DNA of 64,000 nucleotides, taken from Adineta vaga (lineage: Eukaryota; Animalia; Rotifera). This document shows, one piece after another, positions 1-14,159 of the stretch. Numbering within the stretch: position 1 is the first letter of the stretch; each line of letters begins with the position of its first letter. The notes under the pieces were generated by a model that worked only from the letters and a program-made list of their open reading frames with translations, did no database searches and was not told where the DNA came from. The position numbers and the translations under genes are program-made. The stretch spans positions 4,092,001 through 4,156,000 of the forward strand of contig CP075495.1 in the NCBI GenBank assembly GCA_021613535.1, given 5' to 3'.

Positions 1-978
1 AATTTTAGTTCTAGTTTATTAGTTATTCATAATATTCTACAATATATCTTTTTTCAAAAGATTTTGTTTAGAAATCTGAATTGTAATTAACTATCGTATA
101 CAATTTCAATTTGATTGTATTAATATGCAAATAAATTCAATTATCGGTTATATTTACTTCAAAAAAATCCTAACTGTTGTTAATAAGTCATGAATTCTTA
201 AAGTTATCTTTAGTTTGAGGGGAAAAAACAGAAGTGAGAAAATGTATCTATCACTTTCAAAATGACGATTTCATATCGTTGTAGTAGTTCGATCCACCTT
301 TTTTTTTCACCCGGAAACAATTTTCAATCAGGTAGATCAATGACAGTTTGTCAGGAATATTTCTACTAACAAATGGATATGAATAATTTTCTAAGAAGAA
401 AAGAAAAACAATAACATAGAAACATTTCTGTCAACACTTCGATTTCATTTATTCTAACGAGGATAATATCCGGTTTGTTCGACTTTTTCTTATCATAAGA
501 ACATAGTTGTACTTCAAGGCACAAAGATTTTTTCATTTTACATAGAGAATCATAGCCTACAGCTAATCATATAGATTCTCATTGACATTATCTGTCTGAT
601 TTTAATGATTGAACATTAATGTACATCAAAAGACTAATGGAGAAATGATAAATATAATGAAAAAAGGATTTTAATTCACTTTGATTTTAGAGATATGTTC
701 GATGAACTATAAATTTCATTGGAATTTTTCTCCTCATTTATATTTATAGATTATAAATAAAAAATTAGAATACGAAGATTAAAAGCTTATAACTTTTGAA
801 AGATTTGTCATGAATTTACTGACGTAGAAAAATTGAGTTAAATATCATCAGAAGAGAATGTCTTTTGACTTTTATATATATATATTGCTTTTTTTTGTCT
901 TTTATTCGACAGAAATGAGATACATTGTTGTCTTACTAATAATATTTCGACATTATAAATTGAATATGAGAAAAGACG

Positions 979-979
<1 letters not shown>

Positions 980-1009
<30 letters not shown>

Positions 1010-1020
1010 TAAAGAGAGAG
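980..1020. repeat. Compound (AT)n(AG)n microsatellite
   Basis: Directly visible dinucleotide runs. Confidence 0.85.
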
Positions 1021-2834
1021 AAAAAGAAAGAAAAAGGAAAATGAGAAAGAGAAAGATATAGAGTAGAAAAGAACGTGAAAAAAAACCAAGAAACCGTCTT
1101 TTACTCTTTTTCCTTTCCGTGATTACTTCTCCTACTTAGAATTCACAACAAACACACACTTTCTTGATTTCTTACTCTAACATAGTTCAAAATACAAATT
1201 CTCAATCAATAATCCAACAATGACATCCGGTAGGTTGATATCCATCTAGAATATGTTCATGAACATACGTAACAATATACTTACACATGAAATCTTTTCT
1301 ATAGTTAATGTCGAAAAACATGAATAGTAGTAATATCAAATGTATTACTTTGTTGTTGACAAAAACTAAAACTCTTTGAGATAATTATTTTCATGTAAGA
1401 AGAGAAGATAAATGATATATTTAACGAGCAAAACAATATATCATGTCGCAATTGTGACAGTCCTATCTTTTGTTTTCTAGTCAAACCTATTTTAACGATT
1501 TGTTATTCGTATATCTATTTTGTTAATGTTTAACACACGATATGGGGACTGTATTTTCTGCCTCGAAATGATCCTATTAAATAGCTATTAGTCTTCAAGA
1601 TAATTTAAACATCTCGCTTTTGTTTACGAAACAATCATCACTTATTCTTTGACACTAGTTCTGTTTATAAAAAAAGATTAGTAATTCTTTGATTCGATAA
1701 GGATAGAACGATTTTCTCTTCAAACTGAGCTTTTATCTCATATATACCATAAGAAACAAAACCATCTTGAGAATGTATGCGTGTACAATTACTACTGAAA
1801 ATGTTAGTGATGATTGCATTATCATGTTTTCTTCTATTTGTATATATTTGCAACCATTACCTCCTAATCGATATATGTGATCTTCCTTCTAATGAATACA
1901 TCTTCTCTTCCATATTTTGCTTTGTTTTTGTCATCAATGCTTTATTATTAAATTCAGAGTATACTTCAATGAAATAGAATTTCCGTTCAATGATAATAGC
2001 AAGACTATTTTGATATGTTTAATTGTTTATTATTATATTTTTTTAAATGAAAATCAAATCATATATCTATATATATATATGCATTGAATAATTTTTTTGT
2101 ATGTCAAAGATCAAAAATGCTACTTGTATTAATAATTCAATCAGAAGTATATTTTTTGCACGTTCTTTCAAACAAGAAGAATATAAAAGTTCTATTGGTG
2201 GGAGTCCCTATGAATATGCATACATGTCATGAGTTCTAGTCAATTTCTATCTATTGCGACTGATTAGGTTTTTAAAGGCAAGTCATTTCTTTTGCTTCTG
2301 TTCAACAAAACACCAAGAAATAAAAAGAATGAACAGGAACAGACTAGAAAACCAGTAGTATCATAGTTCCATGTTTCTATTGAAGAATAATTGGAATAGT
2401 GTTTGAGAAAACATATTTATTTGTATACGTGTCGCATCATATCTTTGTAGTTAAACGTCAATAGAGTACTACTTGACTACACTTATGAACAATGCCGCAT
2501 CAATATTAGACGACAAAAGAAAAAAGGGAGAGAGAGAGAGTAGAAAATGAATGATAATAATGATGTCTATAAACAACAACAAGAATAAAAATAGATGAAA
2601 GATGAACATCCGTTCCATATTCTAATAATAAAGGTTATTAATTAAACTGAAGCTCGATATCTCTAATACAACTGTTCATGAAATAAGAATATGCGTGATC
2701 ATCGATGATCAATCTAGGTTCAATTCCCAGGTTAGTCGTGTATTGAAATATAATTGATTAGATAGATTAGAATTAGATATCATTCTGTTGTTGTTTTTTA
2801 TTTAAAGAAATCTCTTCCCGTTCTTTTGTTCATC

Positions 2835-4261
2835 ATGTTTGGCGAAATCGATTATTCTCTACCAAATCCACATGGTTCATCATCTGATCAACTTTTACAA
2901 ACAAATTCTTCAATAAATTTGAATTGGCATTATTATTCAGTTGATTTATTTCTTAATAATCTTAACATAATGCCGACATTTACAACCAATGAATCAGCAT
3001 TTACAAATACAAATCTATCTATCAATGCCTCGTTAAATTCTCATGATAAGTCATCATCAAATGACGAAGCATCGGATTATCTTCTCTATTTAATCATTCC
3101 ACTCTATTCACTTGTTTTTGTTATTGGAACAATTGGTAATATTCTTGTTATATTAACAGTTGTTACAGTTAAACAAATGCGTAATACAACAAATGCATTA
3201 ATTTTACATTTAGCTATTGCAAATTTATCCTTTGTATTGATGTGTATTCCACATACAATTTATGTTTATGTTGTTGACTCCTATGATTTTCCTAGATTAC
3301 TTTGTAAAACAGCAAATACATTAATGTATTTAAGTGCATATGTTAGTATCTATATTCTTGTTCTAATGTCGGTCGATCGATTTCTTGGTGTGGTCTTTGC
3401 GGTTAAATCAACAAAATATCGAACTGAACGTAATGCACATTTAGCTGTTATATTCGTTTGGTTAGTTGGTATTATCTTTTCTTCTCCTAATATGTAAGTC
3501 ATGTTCATTGTCTATCTTTGATTTAATTTTATTTATGATTTATTTCAAATCTTAGGATTTATTATGATGTTTTACCTATACAAAATATTCGAGTCTGTTT
3601 ATTTCGTGAAGATAATCCTGTTTTCAATACAACAAGACATATAACGGCTTATTGTTTTGTTGTTTTTGGTTTAATTGTACCTTTAATTATTATTGCTATT
3701 CTTTATGGTTTAATTATTAAAATTTTACGTGAAAATTCAGCTGGTAAACAAGTAGCAAAAGGTAAAAAACGTGTAACTAAAATGGTTTCAGCAGTTATAT
3801 CTTCTTTTGTCATCTGTTGGACACCAATGCAAATCAATTTAATCTATACGCATCATAAACAAGTTAATATTTCTTTTGCAATTCTATCTCAAAGTCTTGT
3901 TTATATATCTGCCTGTATCAATCCAATTTTATATGCATTTCTTTCCGAACCATTTCGTAAAACGTTTCAACAATTTTTAACATGTTCAAAATTACTTTCA
4001 AATCATTTATTATCTAATCTAGATTTACCATCGAATACTCCACGAAAAAGTTCTGCTTATCGTTTAGTACAACAACAATCATTGACAAGAAAAAGTTCAT
4101 CAACACCAATCAATAATGAACTTCAACCAAATCGTAAATCATCAAATAATCATCCATATCGACTAAGTGAATTCACTTCGGAAACAAATACAACAACCAA
4201 AATCTCTGAACCAATTAAATACAATCGATTATCAAATACACATGTTTCTAATAATAATTGA
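2835..4261 (+). CDS. Class A neuropeptide GPCR, allatostatin-A/galanin receptor-like (2 exons: 2835-3493, 3556-4261)
   Basis: GNxLV in TM1, MRNTTN, LVLMSVDRF in TM3, FVICWTP in TM6, NPILY in TM7. A GT-AG intron at 3494-3555 joins the two ORFs in frame (NM-IYYDVLP...VC). Confidence 0.88.
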
Positions 4262-6545
4262 AAAATCAATATTTTAAATATTTCAAACTTTTCTTTTTCG
4301 GTGCTGTTCTAGACTTATTTATTTTGTCATTACCCTCTTTGATTTCGTTTGTTTTTTCAATTTAACTCAATACATACATACATACATACATATATATATT
4401 TATTTATTTATTTACTTAATAAAATTTAGTCTTATATTGATAAAAATATCAATATACTTACGAATTTATTATACTAAAAATGAAACTCGAGCATTTGACT
4501 TGAGATAAGTAAGAGCCAATTGATTCTGAAGTCGGCGTCACGTCTTTAAACAGTTAGTAGAAAGCAGCATGTATCCATTTGGAAAAAAACATATTCTAAC
4601 ATTATTATTAGAACAGACGTGCTATTACTTTTTACTCTCAGCGCCCAATCCATCAAAAGAAAAGCAGTGCGAATCTTTCGACATCTTTATATATGATAAA
4701 TGTCATGCTTTGGAGATGAATATGCAAAAACATAAGAGAACTATCCTCGAAGATATTCTACTTGTGTCTTTCCATTGCATAACGCGTCTTTTAATTCTAA
4801 TGAATGGATCGTTCGTTATGAATTTATAGAACAATATTTCAAGAATCTAATCGATCATGACACTTTATCGTGTTGAAATTGTATATAGTTGTACATTATA
4901 ATCTCTAAAGAAGTTGACAACTGTTTCTAATTTTAATAAGCATCAAAGCAAAAAATCACCTGCAAATGCGCTAGAGGGGCGTTACTAGATGGTATCAAAT
5001 ATTCATTTTCTTCGAAAAAAAGAGATCAGAGAAAGAAAATACCGCTTGATTGTTTTGTTACCGATAGATCACGATATTTTCATATATTATTGATTTTAAT
5101 GAGTTAGACTTTATTACATATGAAACTCGTTCGAATATACTTAATTATTCTTTGGAGGAAGAAAAGATCAGAAGAATAAAGACGGACGATCAATCAATTA
5201 ACAGGAGAAAAGAAAAAAAAAGAGATCATAGAACTAATTAAATTAATTTGAGTTCACTTTATTCTTCTTGTTTGTATAGTATCATTAGTTTTTCTACTAT
5301 TTTATCTGTTTTCTTTTGGTTACTTTTCGTCTTTGATGCATCACAGTATCGTAAACTGATTGATCGATAACGCTTATGATCTGTCGAAATTGACCTTTGG
5401 TTAGTGTTGAACATATATCTCCACTATATATATAGAATGAACGAAATTGATCTTCTCATGTCTATGATAGATTATTTAAATTGAACTTCGCGTATATTAT
5501 ATAGGTGTATCGGAACTGAATGACATCCAGTCATACATTTCAATTAGATGCATGTTCAAAACAATGACCTTTTTGTTTTGTATGGTATCTAGTATTAGGT
5601 AGCAAATAATATTAGACTAAATCTTATGATCGTCAATAATCGCCTATAGAAAATAAGATTAGTTTTTATTACTATTCTAGTACAATTAACAAAATATAGG
5701 TAAAATTACAAATAAGCTATTGTTTTCGATCATTCAAATATACTTTAGTATTGAAAGGTGCCTAAATGGATACCGCCAAGATCATAAATATTGAGAAAAA
5801 TGAATAAAAAAACGAACGATAGTGAACGTGTGCCTTTCGATTGCCACTAATATCACCCGCTAGTTGATATGTATTTGATGTCTGTCGCTATTTCATTCTC
5901 TCGTCGAACAATTACTGTCGTTTAAACATCTGTTCCATCGAGAAGAGCTTCTTCTTTTGTCATTATTGCATAAGATTACCAACAAGAAACAGATGTGAGA
6001 AAATAAAAATGATCGAGGCGGAGCAAGTATAGATTATAATTGAATCGGATGACATTTTATATGTTAAACTATGATTACTATGTAGTTGTTTTATTCATAT
6101 AGTTTTCTCTTATTTTTCTAGTAATTTCTATTGCCATGTAGTGATAATTATAACATCGATATCATCACACGAAATGTCAAATATCCATTGTTCGGAAAGT
6201 ATATTACAGATGGTAGTTTGAATAAAAAAACAAAAATATAATATAGATAACTGTCAATCAAAGAAAACATGCATGCTTTCTATATATCTATCTGCTTAGT
6301 ACAGATTGAGATAAGAATATAGAGAAACCTTGAGACAGAATAGGAGCTTAATTGTGAATCTGCTCTCCTCTGCTACTGCTAGTTGAACGAGTGATGATGA
6401 ACATTTGCAGATGTGAGTGTGCACATCATGAACCATAGAAGATTGAAATAACAAGCTGGACATGATCGTACGCGTGTCATCGCCAACAACACATGATTAG
6501 GAATGTAAATTAATTTTGCCATATACATGCGACTAACGGTCGATC

Positions 6546-6573
6546 GAAGAAGAAGAAGAAGAAGAAGAAGAAG
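6546..6573. repeat. (GAA)n microsatellite
   Basis: gaagaagaagaagaagaagaagaagaag. Confidence 0.9.
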
Positions 6574-8475
6574 CGAAGGAGAGAAAGAGAAAAAGAGATT
6601 TGTGAATCTTCATCTGTTCTATTTCTCTTTCAGCTCAACGAGAATAAGAAGAAAGTTAATTGTTGTCAATAAATAATGCTCAACTGGTATATGTACAGTA
6701 TTAGTAAAAAGATTTCTATATTTGTATACTTTGGTACTATTTAAAACAAATATGAAGGTATGTATTTTAATCACTCAATTTGATAGTTTCAATAAAGTCA
6801 CCTATGAAAAGAAAACTCAGCTTTTCGATACAGATTAACAAATTGAAAAAAAAGAATGTGACAGACAAACGTGAAATAACACTTCGATCCCTATCTATGA
6901 ATAGCATCTTTGACACCTTTCGTTCAATCTTGACAAGAATTTCAACACCTTGATCACTACCTATGATTTCATCGTCTTTTCTTTTCATTCAATTGAATTT
7001 TTTATCACTAACTCTTATACAGTTTCGCCACTTAAAGTTTCAATTATCATCAACATCATTATTTCGTCAAATCATGTCTAGGACTTCTATTGAGTATATA
7101 TACATTGACTCTAGGAATAATAACAATTCGTTTTGAATTGTTTTTGTATGCGACATTTCTTTTTTTTTTGTTTCTTCTTTCTCTCTCTCTTCAAATAACA
7201 ATAGACGAAACAATTGAAAAGTAAAATTGTCATTGTCTGGACAATATCAGAGGAACCAAACAAATCATAGGGGTCATTAAATCACAAGAGATTAGTTTTT
7301 ATTAAATATTAGATTAGTACAAAGAAGTTACATGAACAATTTTCTCAACTTTATGAGAAATGTCACAATATAATGATGTGTTGAATGTAAATACAATAAT
7401 TCTCTTCAAAAAATGATTGAATAGACATCATCATCATCATCATCTTCATTTAGTTCTGACAATGATTGAAAATCCATTTAGCGCCTGTCGATATAATTCA
7501 TTTATTGTTTCGTGATTTGTCTATCGTTACACATGAATTCGTCTTTTGCTCTCGTTCTAGATGAGACAGTTTTTTTCAATTAGTATCGCTACTTATTCAT
7601 CTATGGAAGACGAATGCTACTGTCGGCTGTTTTGATGACTAACGAAAGTCGATAGAGAGAAGGTTAATTGTAAAGCAATGAAAAATGATATTCGCTTGTT
7701 TCCATCTTCAATAAATAATGGATTAGATATTCTCTTTTTTTTCTCTCATTTGTTCATTCGATCTGCATCGATGAGAATTCTTTTTTCACGTTCTCTTCCC
7801 TTCCCCTCTCCTACCTCCCTCCCTCTCTCTCTCTCTCTCGTTCGTTTATTTGCCATTTTGTAACTATTTGCTTCGTTGTATCGTGTGTGTGAAATTAAAG
7901 CAAGTTTGTCCTTCACTCTTTTACATGTATATGTATATATACGTTTCCAAATGAAAGGAACCAAGGTAGGGAACAGTCTTCCGCTTAACTTATTAATGTA
8001 ACAATGAATATGGAAGATCATCAATGAATGAATGACTAAGATAAAGAACACATGGGAGTAGAATACCTTGACATGTAAAATAATAAGAAAGCGGCTTTTT
8101 TCCCTGAACATATGCACGACATAGGGAAAAAAGAAGGTGTTGATGATGTTTTAAGTTAACAAATGAATGTGTCGCAATCGTATCTTTCTCTCATTTACTT
8201 TCATCTATTCCAATTCATGATACAACAATCTATGTTCATTTAGTTGTATAGAATTTCTTAAGTTTATTTTATCGATAGCAAATATATTCTTTAATTATTA
8301 ATCGATGTACATAGTTTCAGTAAGTAACATTTTCCATGTTGTTAACTGATTATTTGCAAAGTGTATTCGAATCCACTTCATTCTTCTATCCGTCTTATTT
8401 GTATACACAACATATGATGTAATCATCATTAGCCTCTTCGAATGCTTACATAAAACTTTTTTCTATTTCTAGATA

Positions 8476-11112
8476 ATGTATTTGAAATGCTTCATAAGTA
8501 TTTTAATTTTAATTTCTCCTTCATATTCTATCAATCTTCTGGATATTTGCCAATCAGGTATTCGTGATGATGGTATTAATTATGTTCATTGTGCACGAAA
8601 ATCTCTGACAGAAATACCTCGATTTTCTTCGAATCGTTTATTCAATTTAGCATTTGATGAACTTATTCTTTCGGATAATTTCATTACTCATATTCATGCA
8701 AATGCATTTCATGGTTTACGTATAAAACGTTTGATTATGTCGGGAAATCATTTGAAATCTATTGATCAAAATGCATTTCGTGAATTAGAAAATTATCTTG
8801 AAGAAATTATCTTAGAATTTGATTCAACAATTGTTGATCGAATTCCTCAAGCCATTCAAACAAATCTTATTAATATTAAAAGTTTAACATTAATTGGTTT
8901 AAATCTTCGAATCTTACCATCGAATGTTTTTCAACAAATGAAAAAATTAGAATATTTAAATCTAAAATCATGTCATATTCAATATCTTGAATCGAAAATT
9001 TTTCAACCAATCGAAAATCAATTACGATATTTATATCTTGATTCTAATAAATTAACGAAAGATATTTTCAATGAAATCAATCGTTTAAATTTATTAGAAA
9101 AATTATCTTTATCACATAATAATATTCAAGAATTTGATGTTGTTTTATTGAATAGAAAATTAAAATATCTTGATTTATCTTATAATTATTTGAAAAGTTT
9201 ATTCTTAATTAATTTAAATCAATTAGAAATATTAAATTTACAAAATAATCTTTTAACATCAGAACAAATCAATGGTTCAATACCTAAACAATTAAAAGAA
9301 TTAATATTAGATTTTAATTCAATTCATTTTCTTAATCAAAAATGGTTTTCAATGGAGAATTCATTAGAAATTTTATCATTACAAAGTAATGAATTCCTAT
9401 TAACAGATGTAAATGTTTTTCAATATTTAAATAAATTGAAAAAACTTAATTTAGCAAGAAATACAATTCACAAAATACCAAAAGGTAAGGAAGTTGTTTG
9501 ATCATTATTTTTTTTCCGATTACATCTCAATGAAGAATAAACAGATGCATTCAATTGATTAACAGACACAATGATGGCATTATTCATGAGTGATTTGATA
9601 TCAGAAGGAGAAATCAGTTATGTATATCATTCGAATGATATAATGTGTGTTATATACGATATGAAAAGATTGTAGTATGAGAAGAATGTTTCGATAATTG
9701 ATAGAACTGTTTTAAGTATAGATAAATATCAATCGAAAGATTTTCTCTTCGTAAAAATCATATCGATGATTTGTTTTGATATGAGTAATGTAACATTAAA
9801 TTTTTATATCTTTTATTACATTTTTAGGTTTATTTAATTTTACTCGTTCATTACAATGTTTAACAATGGATCGTAATCCATTGATTACATTATCTTCAGA
9901 TACATTTGTTGGTCTTGAACATTCTCTAGTTAATATAAGTCTACAATCATGTTCATTAACATCGGAATCTTTAATTGCTTTATCAAATTTAAAAAATCTC
10001 GAACGTTTAAAACTTCAATCGAATTTATTTACAAAGATTTTACCAGATAATCTTTTCATTTCCATGTCAAAATTACTTGTTCTGGATTTACAACGTAATC
10101 AATTAATAGAAATTCCATCAAACTTTCCATCAACATTACGTGAATTAGAATTAGGAAATAATCGTCTTATGACTCTTCCATTTACAAATCGAACATTTGA
10201 ACAATTATCTCACTTAGTTACACTTGATCTAAGTTCCAATCCACTTCAATGTGATTGTCATATGAAACCATTATATTATTGGTTATTAACACATTTTCAA
10301 ACTGAACTTGTTCCATATGTACAATGGATTTGTTCGAAACCAAGACATTTATCTGGAAAGCAATTAGGAACTCTTTCACCTCAACAATTCATCTGCGAAG
10401 AAAAACAGTAAATAAATTACGCGAAATATTTTCTTTCTCTATTAAGATTTCATACGTTTCTTCTGCTAGGATATTATCATTCCAAGTTCGTTTAAAAGAT
10501 TCAAAAACAGCTCTACTAGAATGGTTATCTGCACCTATAGAATTACCTTTGAATTTAATTGTTATCGAAAACAATATACCATTACCAATACTTTATTTGA
10601 ATGATACTCAAAATTCTTTTCTTCTAGAAAATTTAAAGCCATCAACTCATTATTCATTATGTTTACAAATACATGATCAAATTCTATGTCGAAATATTAC
10701 GACAACAAATCAACAGATCTTTTCATTATCATCATTATCAGCATCAACAGGATCAATAGTCATGATTGATATTGAATATTTAATTATTGGTATTTCGTGT
10801 GGCATCTGTTTTATCTTATTACTTCTGTTTTTTCTAATATTATTCTTAATCAAACATCGTATTAAATATGCTCATTCATCGAAAACAACAGCAACAACAA
10901 TTGATTCGTATTATCAAACAACTGGATCTGATATAATACAAACAGCTATTTGTAATAAATCAATTGAAGAAGAATCAATTAATAGTCTACAATATCATCG
11001 ATCAACACCAATGTTTTGTTATTGTCAATTACCATCAAATTATTGTCCAGATCAACAAACTTATCATTTCTATCATGAAATTCCTCTGTCAAAACCTCCT
11101 GCACTTATTTAA
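8476..11112 (+). CDS. Type I membrane LRR protein: signal peptide, LRR-NT, many LRRs, LRR-CT, FN3-like domain, TM (exons 8476-9484, 9828-10407, 10470-11112)
   Basis: LxxLxLxxNxL repeats, NPLQCDC...C cap, LENLKPSTHYSLC FN3 motif, hydrophobic TM (IIGISCGICFILLLLFFLILFLI). The GT-AG junctions keep the frame. Confidence 0.88.
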
Positions 11113-12199
11113 TTTGATTTATGAACAGTTCGCTTCGTTTTTTTTTATTACTAGTCAGATATTTTTTTTCCTCTTGTGAATATAATGGAATGGTATATAT
11201 GTATGAAATAATTTGCAATAGAATTTAATTAGGAGAATATATGAATTTTCTTGCCATGTGTGCTTCATTCAAAATGTTGACTAATTTATGTTTATAAATC
11301 ATTTTCTTCTTGAACAATATCAAATGAATCACTAGAACATACATATATAGATTTTTATATTTGAATTATAAAAAATTCTACTGAATGTGCTTGGATTAGT
11401 ATTATTCAATATCGATGCTTTTAGTGAGGAAGACTTACGCGTTCGAATTGTATATAACTGAATTAAATGATAAATGACGATTGAGAATATACGAAATAGA
11501 GAATCGGTAGACCGATTTCGATAGGCTTTTCCTTCCCAGTTTATGTATGTATAACAGTGCTGAATGAAATTGTTTTACGTAAACATTAGATTAATCATAT
11601 CTATCAACTAAACTTCTCATTAGACGGTAGTTATCGGTTTTTTGCAAATTTCAATTGACTGAATTCATCAATGATATTATGAAATATTACGAACGTACCA
11701 ATCAATTCAGCAATTAATCAAAATATAGTTGACCCTTGAAAACTAAAACTAATAGCATTTATTTATTCAGTAAAATAAAATGTCTTCGGGTGCATGTAAA
11801 TAAATCGTTTTTGTTGCTTCCAAAAAACACATGAAACTAAGACTGAAGCAGAACAACAAGAAATTCATACTTCATATTCAGTTAATTTCAAGCATTTTAA
11901 ATGCACTTGTTACCGAGAGTTATAATTAGTAAAATATTTATCCCAATATTGACATCATCTTTATGATCCGTTCTTAGCAATTTATTCTTATTGGCGAAGC
12001 TCTATGTTTTGTTATCGAAAATCGAATTATATAATTCATTTCAGTAGCAACGAGGTCGAAAATATACTTAAAATTAGGTTTTCCTATGTCATCAGTCGTA
12101 GGTAGCGTGATTGATGTATAAAACGAAATGTTCACTATCAGTATTACTTGTGTATGTACGTAATCTTATTGGCAACTTGGAAATATTTTATATTCAAGA

Positions 12200-13479
12200 A
12201 TGCTCAAAGCGATTCTTCTTCTATGCATTGCAGTATTCAATCTTCCAAGCTCAAGTAAGAATATTCTACGAGTCTATAAAATGCCAAAGGCTATTCTATC
12301 TGTTTTTTCAGCGCCATGCGTAGCTATATATGGACAATGTGGAGGAAAAGATTATAAAGGTGCTACAGATTGTTGTTCACCAACAACATGTCAATATAAT
12401 AATGATTATTATTCACAATGCTTGCCGGGCACAACAAAAGCATCATCATCAACAACAAAATCACCAGCAAGTTCAACTAAAGCAAGTACTCGTAAGTATA
12501 GTAATCCGAAAAAAAATACGATATGTACTTGTATCTCAACTTTTTCAATGCTTTTCTAAAAGAATGCAGTGCTGTCTATGGACAATGTGGTGGAAACGGA
12601 TGGACAGGTCCACAACAATGCTGTTCTGGCTCTTCATGTGTTGTGAAAGATAGTTATTATTCACAATGCTTACCTACATCTGAATCAACCACAACTTCTA
12701 AGACTACAGTAAAATCATCGACAGGATCGAGTACTACAGCAAAATCATCGACAGGATCGAGCACTACAGTAAAACCAACGACGACAGTTGGTAATGACGG
12801 TCGAGAAAATGGTGTTACAACTCGTTATTGGGATTGTTGTAAAGCAAGTTGTGGTTGGGCAGGTAAAGCTAGCGTGACAAGTCCAGTGAAAACATGTGCA
12901 CGAGATGGTACTACAGCTGTTGGTGAAAATACTCAATCGGGTTGTAACGGTGGCAGTGCTTATATGTGTAATAATCAACAACCATGGAATGTTAGTTCTA
13001 CTCTTTCCTATGGTTATGCTGCTGCTTATATAACTGTAAGAAAACATTTTTTTTATTCATATAAAGACTAAAACTTATATTTAATATAATAGAATAAAAG
13101 GGAATCAGATTGGTGTTGTGCGTGCTATTCATTGGTATTTACTACAGAATCTATTATTGGTAAAGAATTAATTGTTCAAGTAACCAATACAGGTGGTGAT
13201 CTTGGTAATAATCATTTTGATCTTCAAATGCCTGGCGGTGGAGTTGGTATATTCGATGGATGTTCCAGTCAATTTCCTGAAGTTAGTAAAAGTTCGTGGG
13301 GTCAACAATATGGTGGCATTAGTTCACGAACGGATTGTGCTAAATTGCCATCAGTTCTTCGATCAGGTTGTTTATGGCGATTTGATTGGTTTATGAATGC
13401 AGATAATCCAAAAATGCGTTTCAAACAAGTGGCATGTCCAGCGGCTCTTACAGCAAATACTCTTTGCAGCCGAAAATAA
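12200..13479 (+). CDS. Secreted GH45 endo-beta-1,4-glucanase with two N-terminal CBM1 modules (exons 12200-12254, 12312-12491, 12563-13035, 13093-13479)
   Basis: Signal peptide; two YGQCGG...YYSQC modules; Ser/Thr linkers; TTRYWDCCK and TNTGGDL...HFDL catalytic motifs; WRFDWF; ends CSRK. Confidence 0.95.
12703..12774 (+). repeat. 30-bp tandem repeat (~2.4 copies) encoding the TTxKSSTGSS linker
   Basis: actacagYaaaatcatcgacaggatcgagY at 12703 and 12733, partial copy at 12763. Confidence 0.9.
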
Positions 13480-14159
13480 ATCAAGAAACATGAACATTAC
13501 TTCAAAACTATTTTTATTTTTATTCACTCGAAAAATCTTTTTAACTTGAATTTATCCCGTGCTTTTTTCTATTACTAAATAACCTTAATAAATCATATAT
13601 ATCCTCTGACTCGATCATAAAAAACAACATTTTTTATTGATAAATATTTATCTTTTCTTATACTTACTGAGAACTTTAATAGAATCTAAACATCATCTAT
13701 TTTTGTTTTAAAAAAATGATAGAAATACAATCAGAATACGACGCTTTTATATTCTACTAAAATCAAATGTAGAGAGACTGTTCTTCTGTTTAAACGAATG
13801 AAAAAATTCATGCATAAGTTTTTACTCCATAGCAATGCTTTATTGTTTGTAATCCTGTTTTAAGAAATATTTTATTGTGTTTAGCAAAACAAAATAACAA
13901 CATGAACGAATATGTATGTTTTGTCGGTTTGTTATTTTTTCAGCATTAAGTATGATGAAAATGCTTTTTTTTTTTATAAAATATGCTCTAGTTTTTCAAT
14001 CGGATTGTAAAGTGCAAGATGTTTTTTTCTTGCTAGAAGCAATGTGCGGACTATATTAAATTTCTTTTTCGTATTTTTTTTCAAATTTAAGAATTATGTC
14101 TGGTGAATACATTATACGACCAATAGTAGACTTCTTTTCATTTTCGAAGGTTTCTCGAA

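Noticed and set aside
838-1089. ORFs on both strands over the AT/AG microsatellite
   Set aside because: Low-complexity translations of simple repeats.
4569-8117. Short ORFs at 4569, 6767, 7678 and 7746
   Set aside because: No recognisable motifs or splice chain; likely intergenic or UTR sequence.
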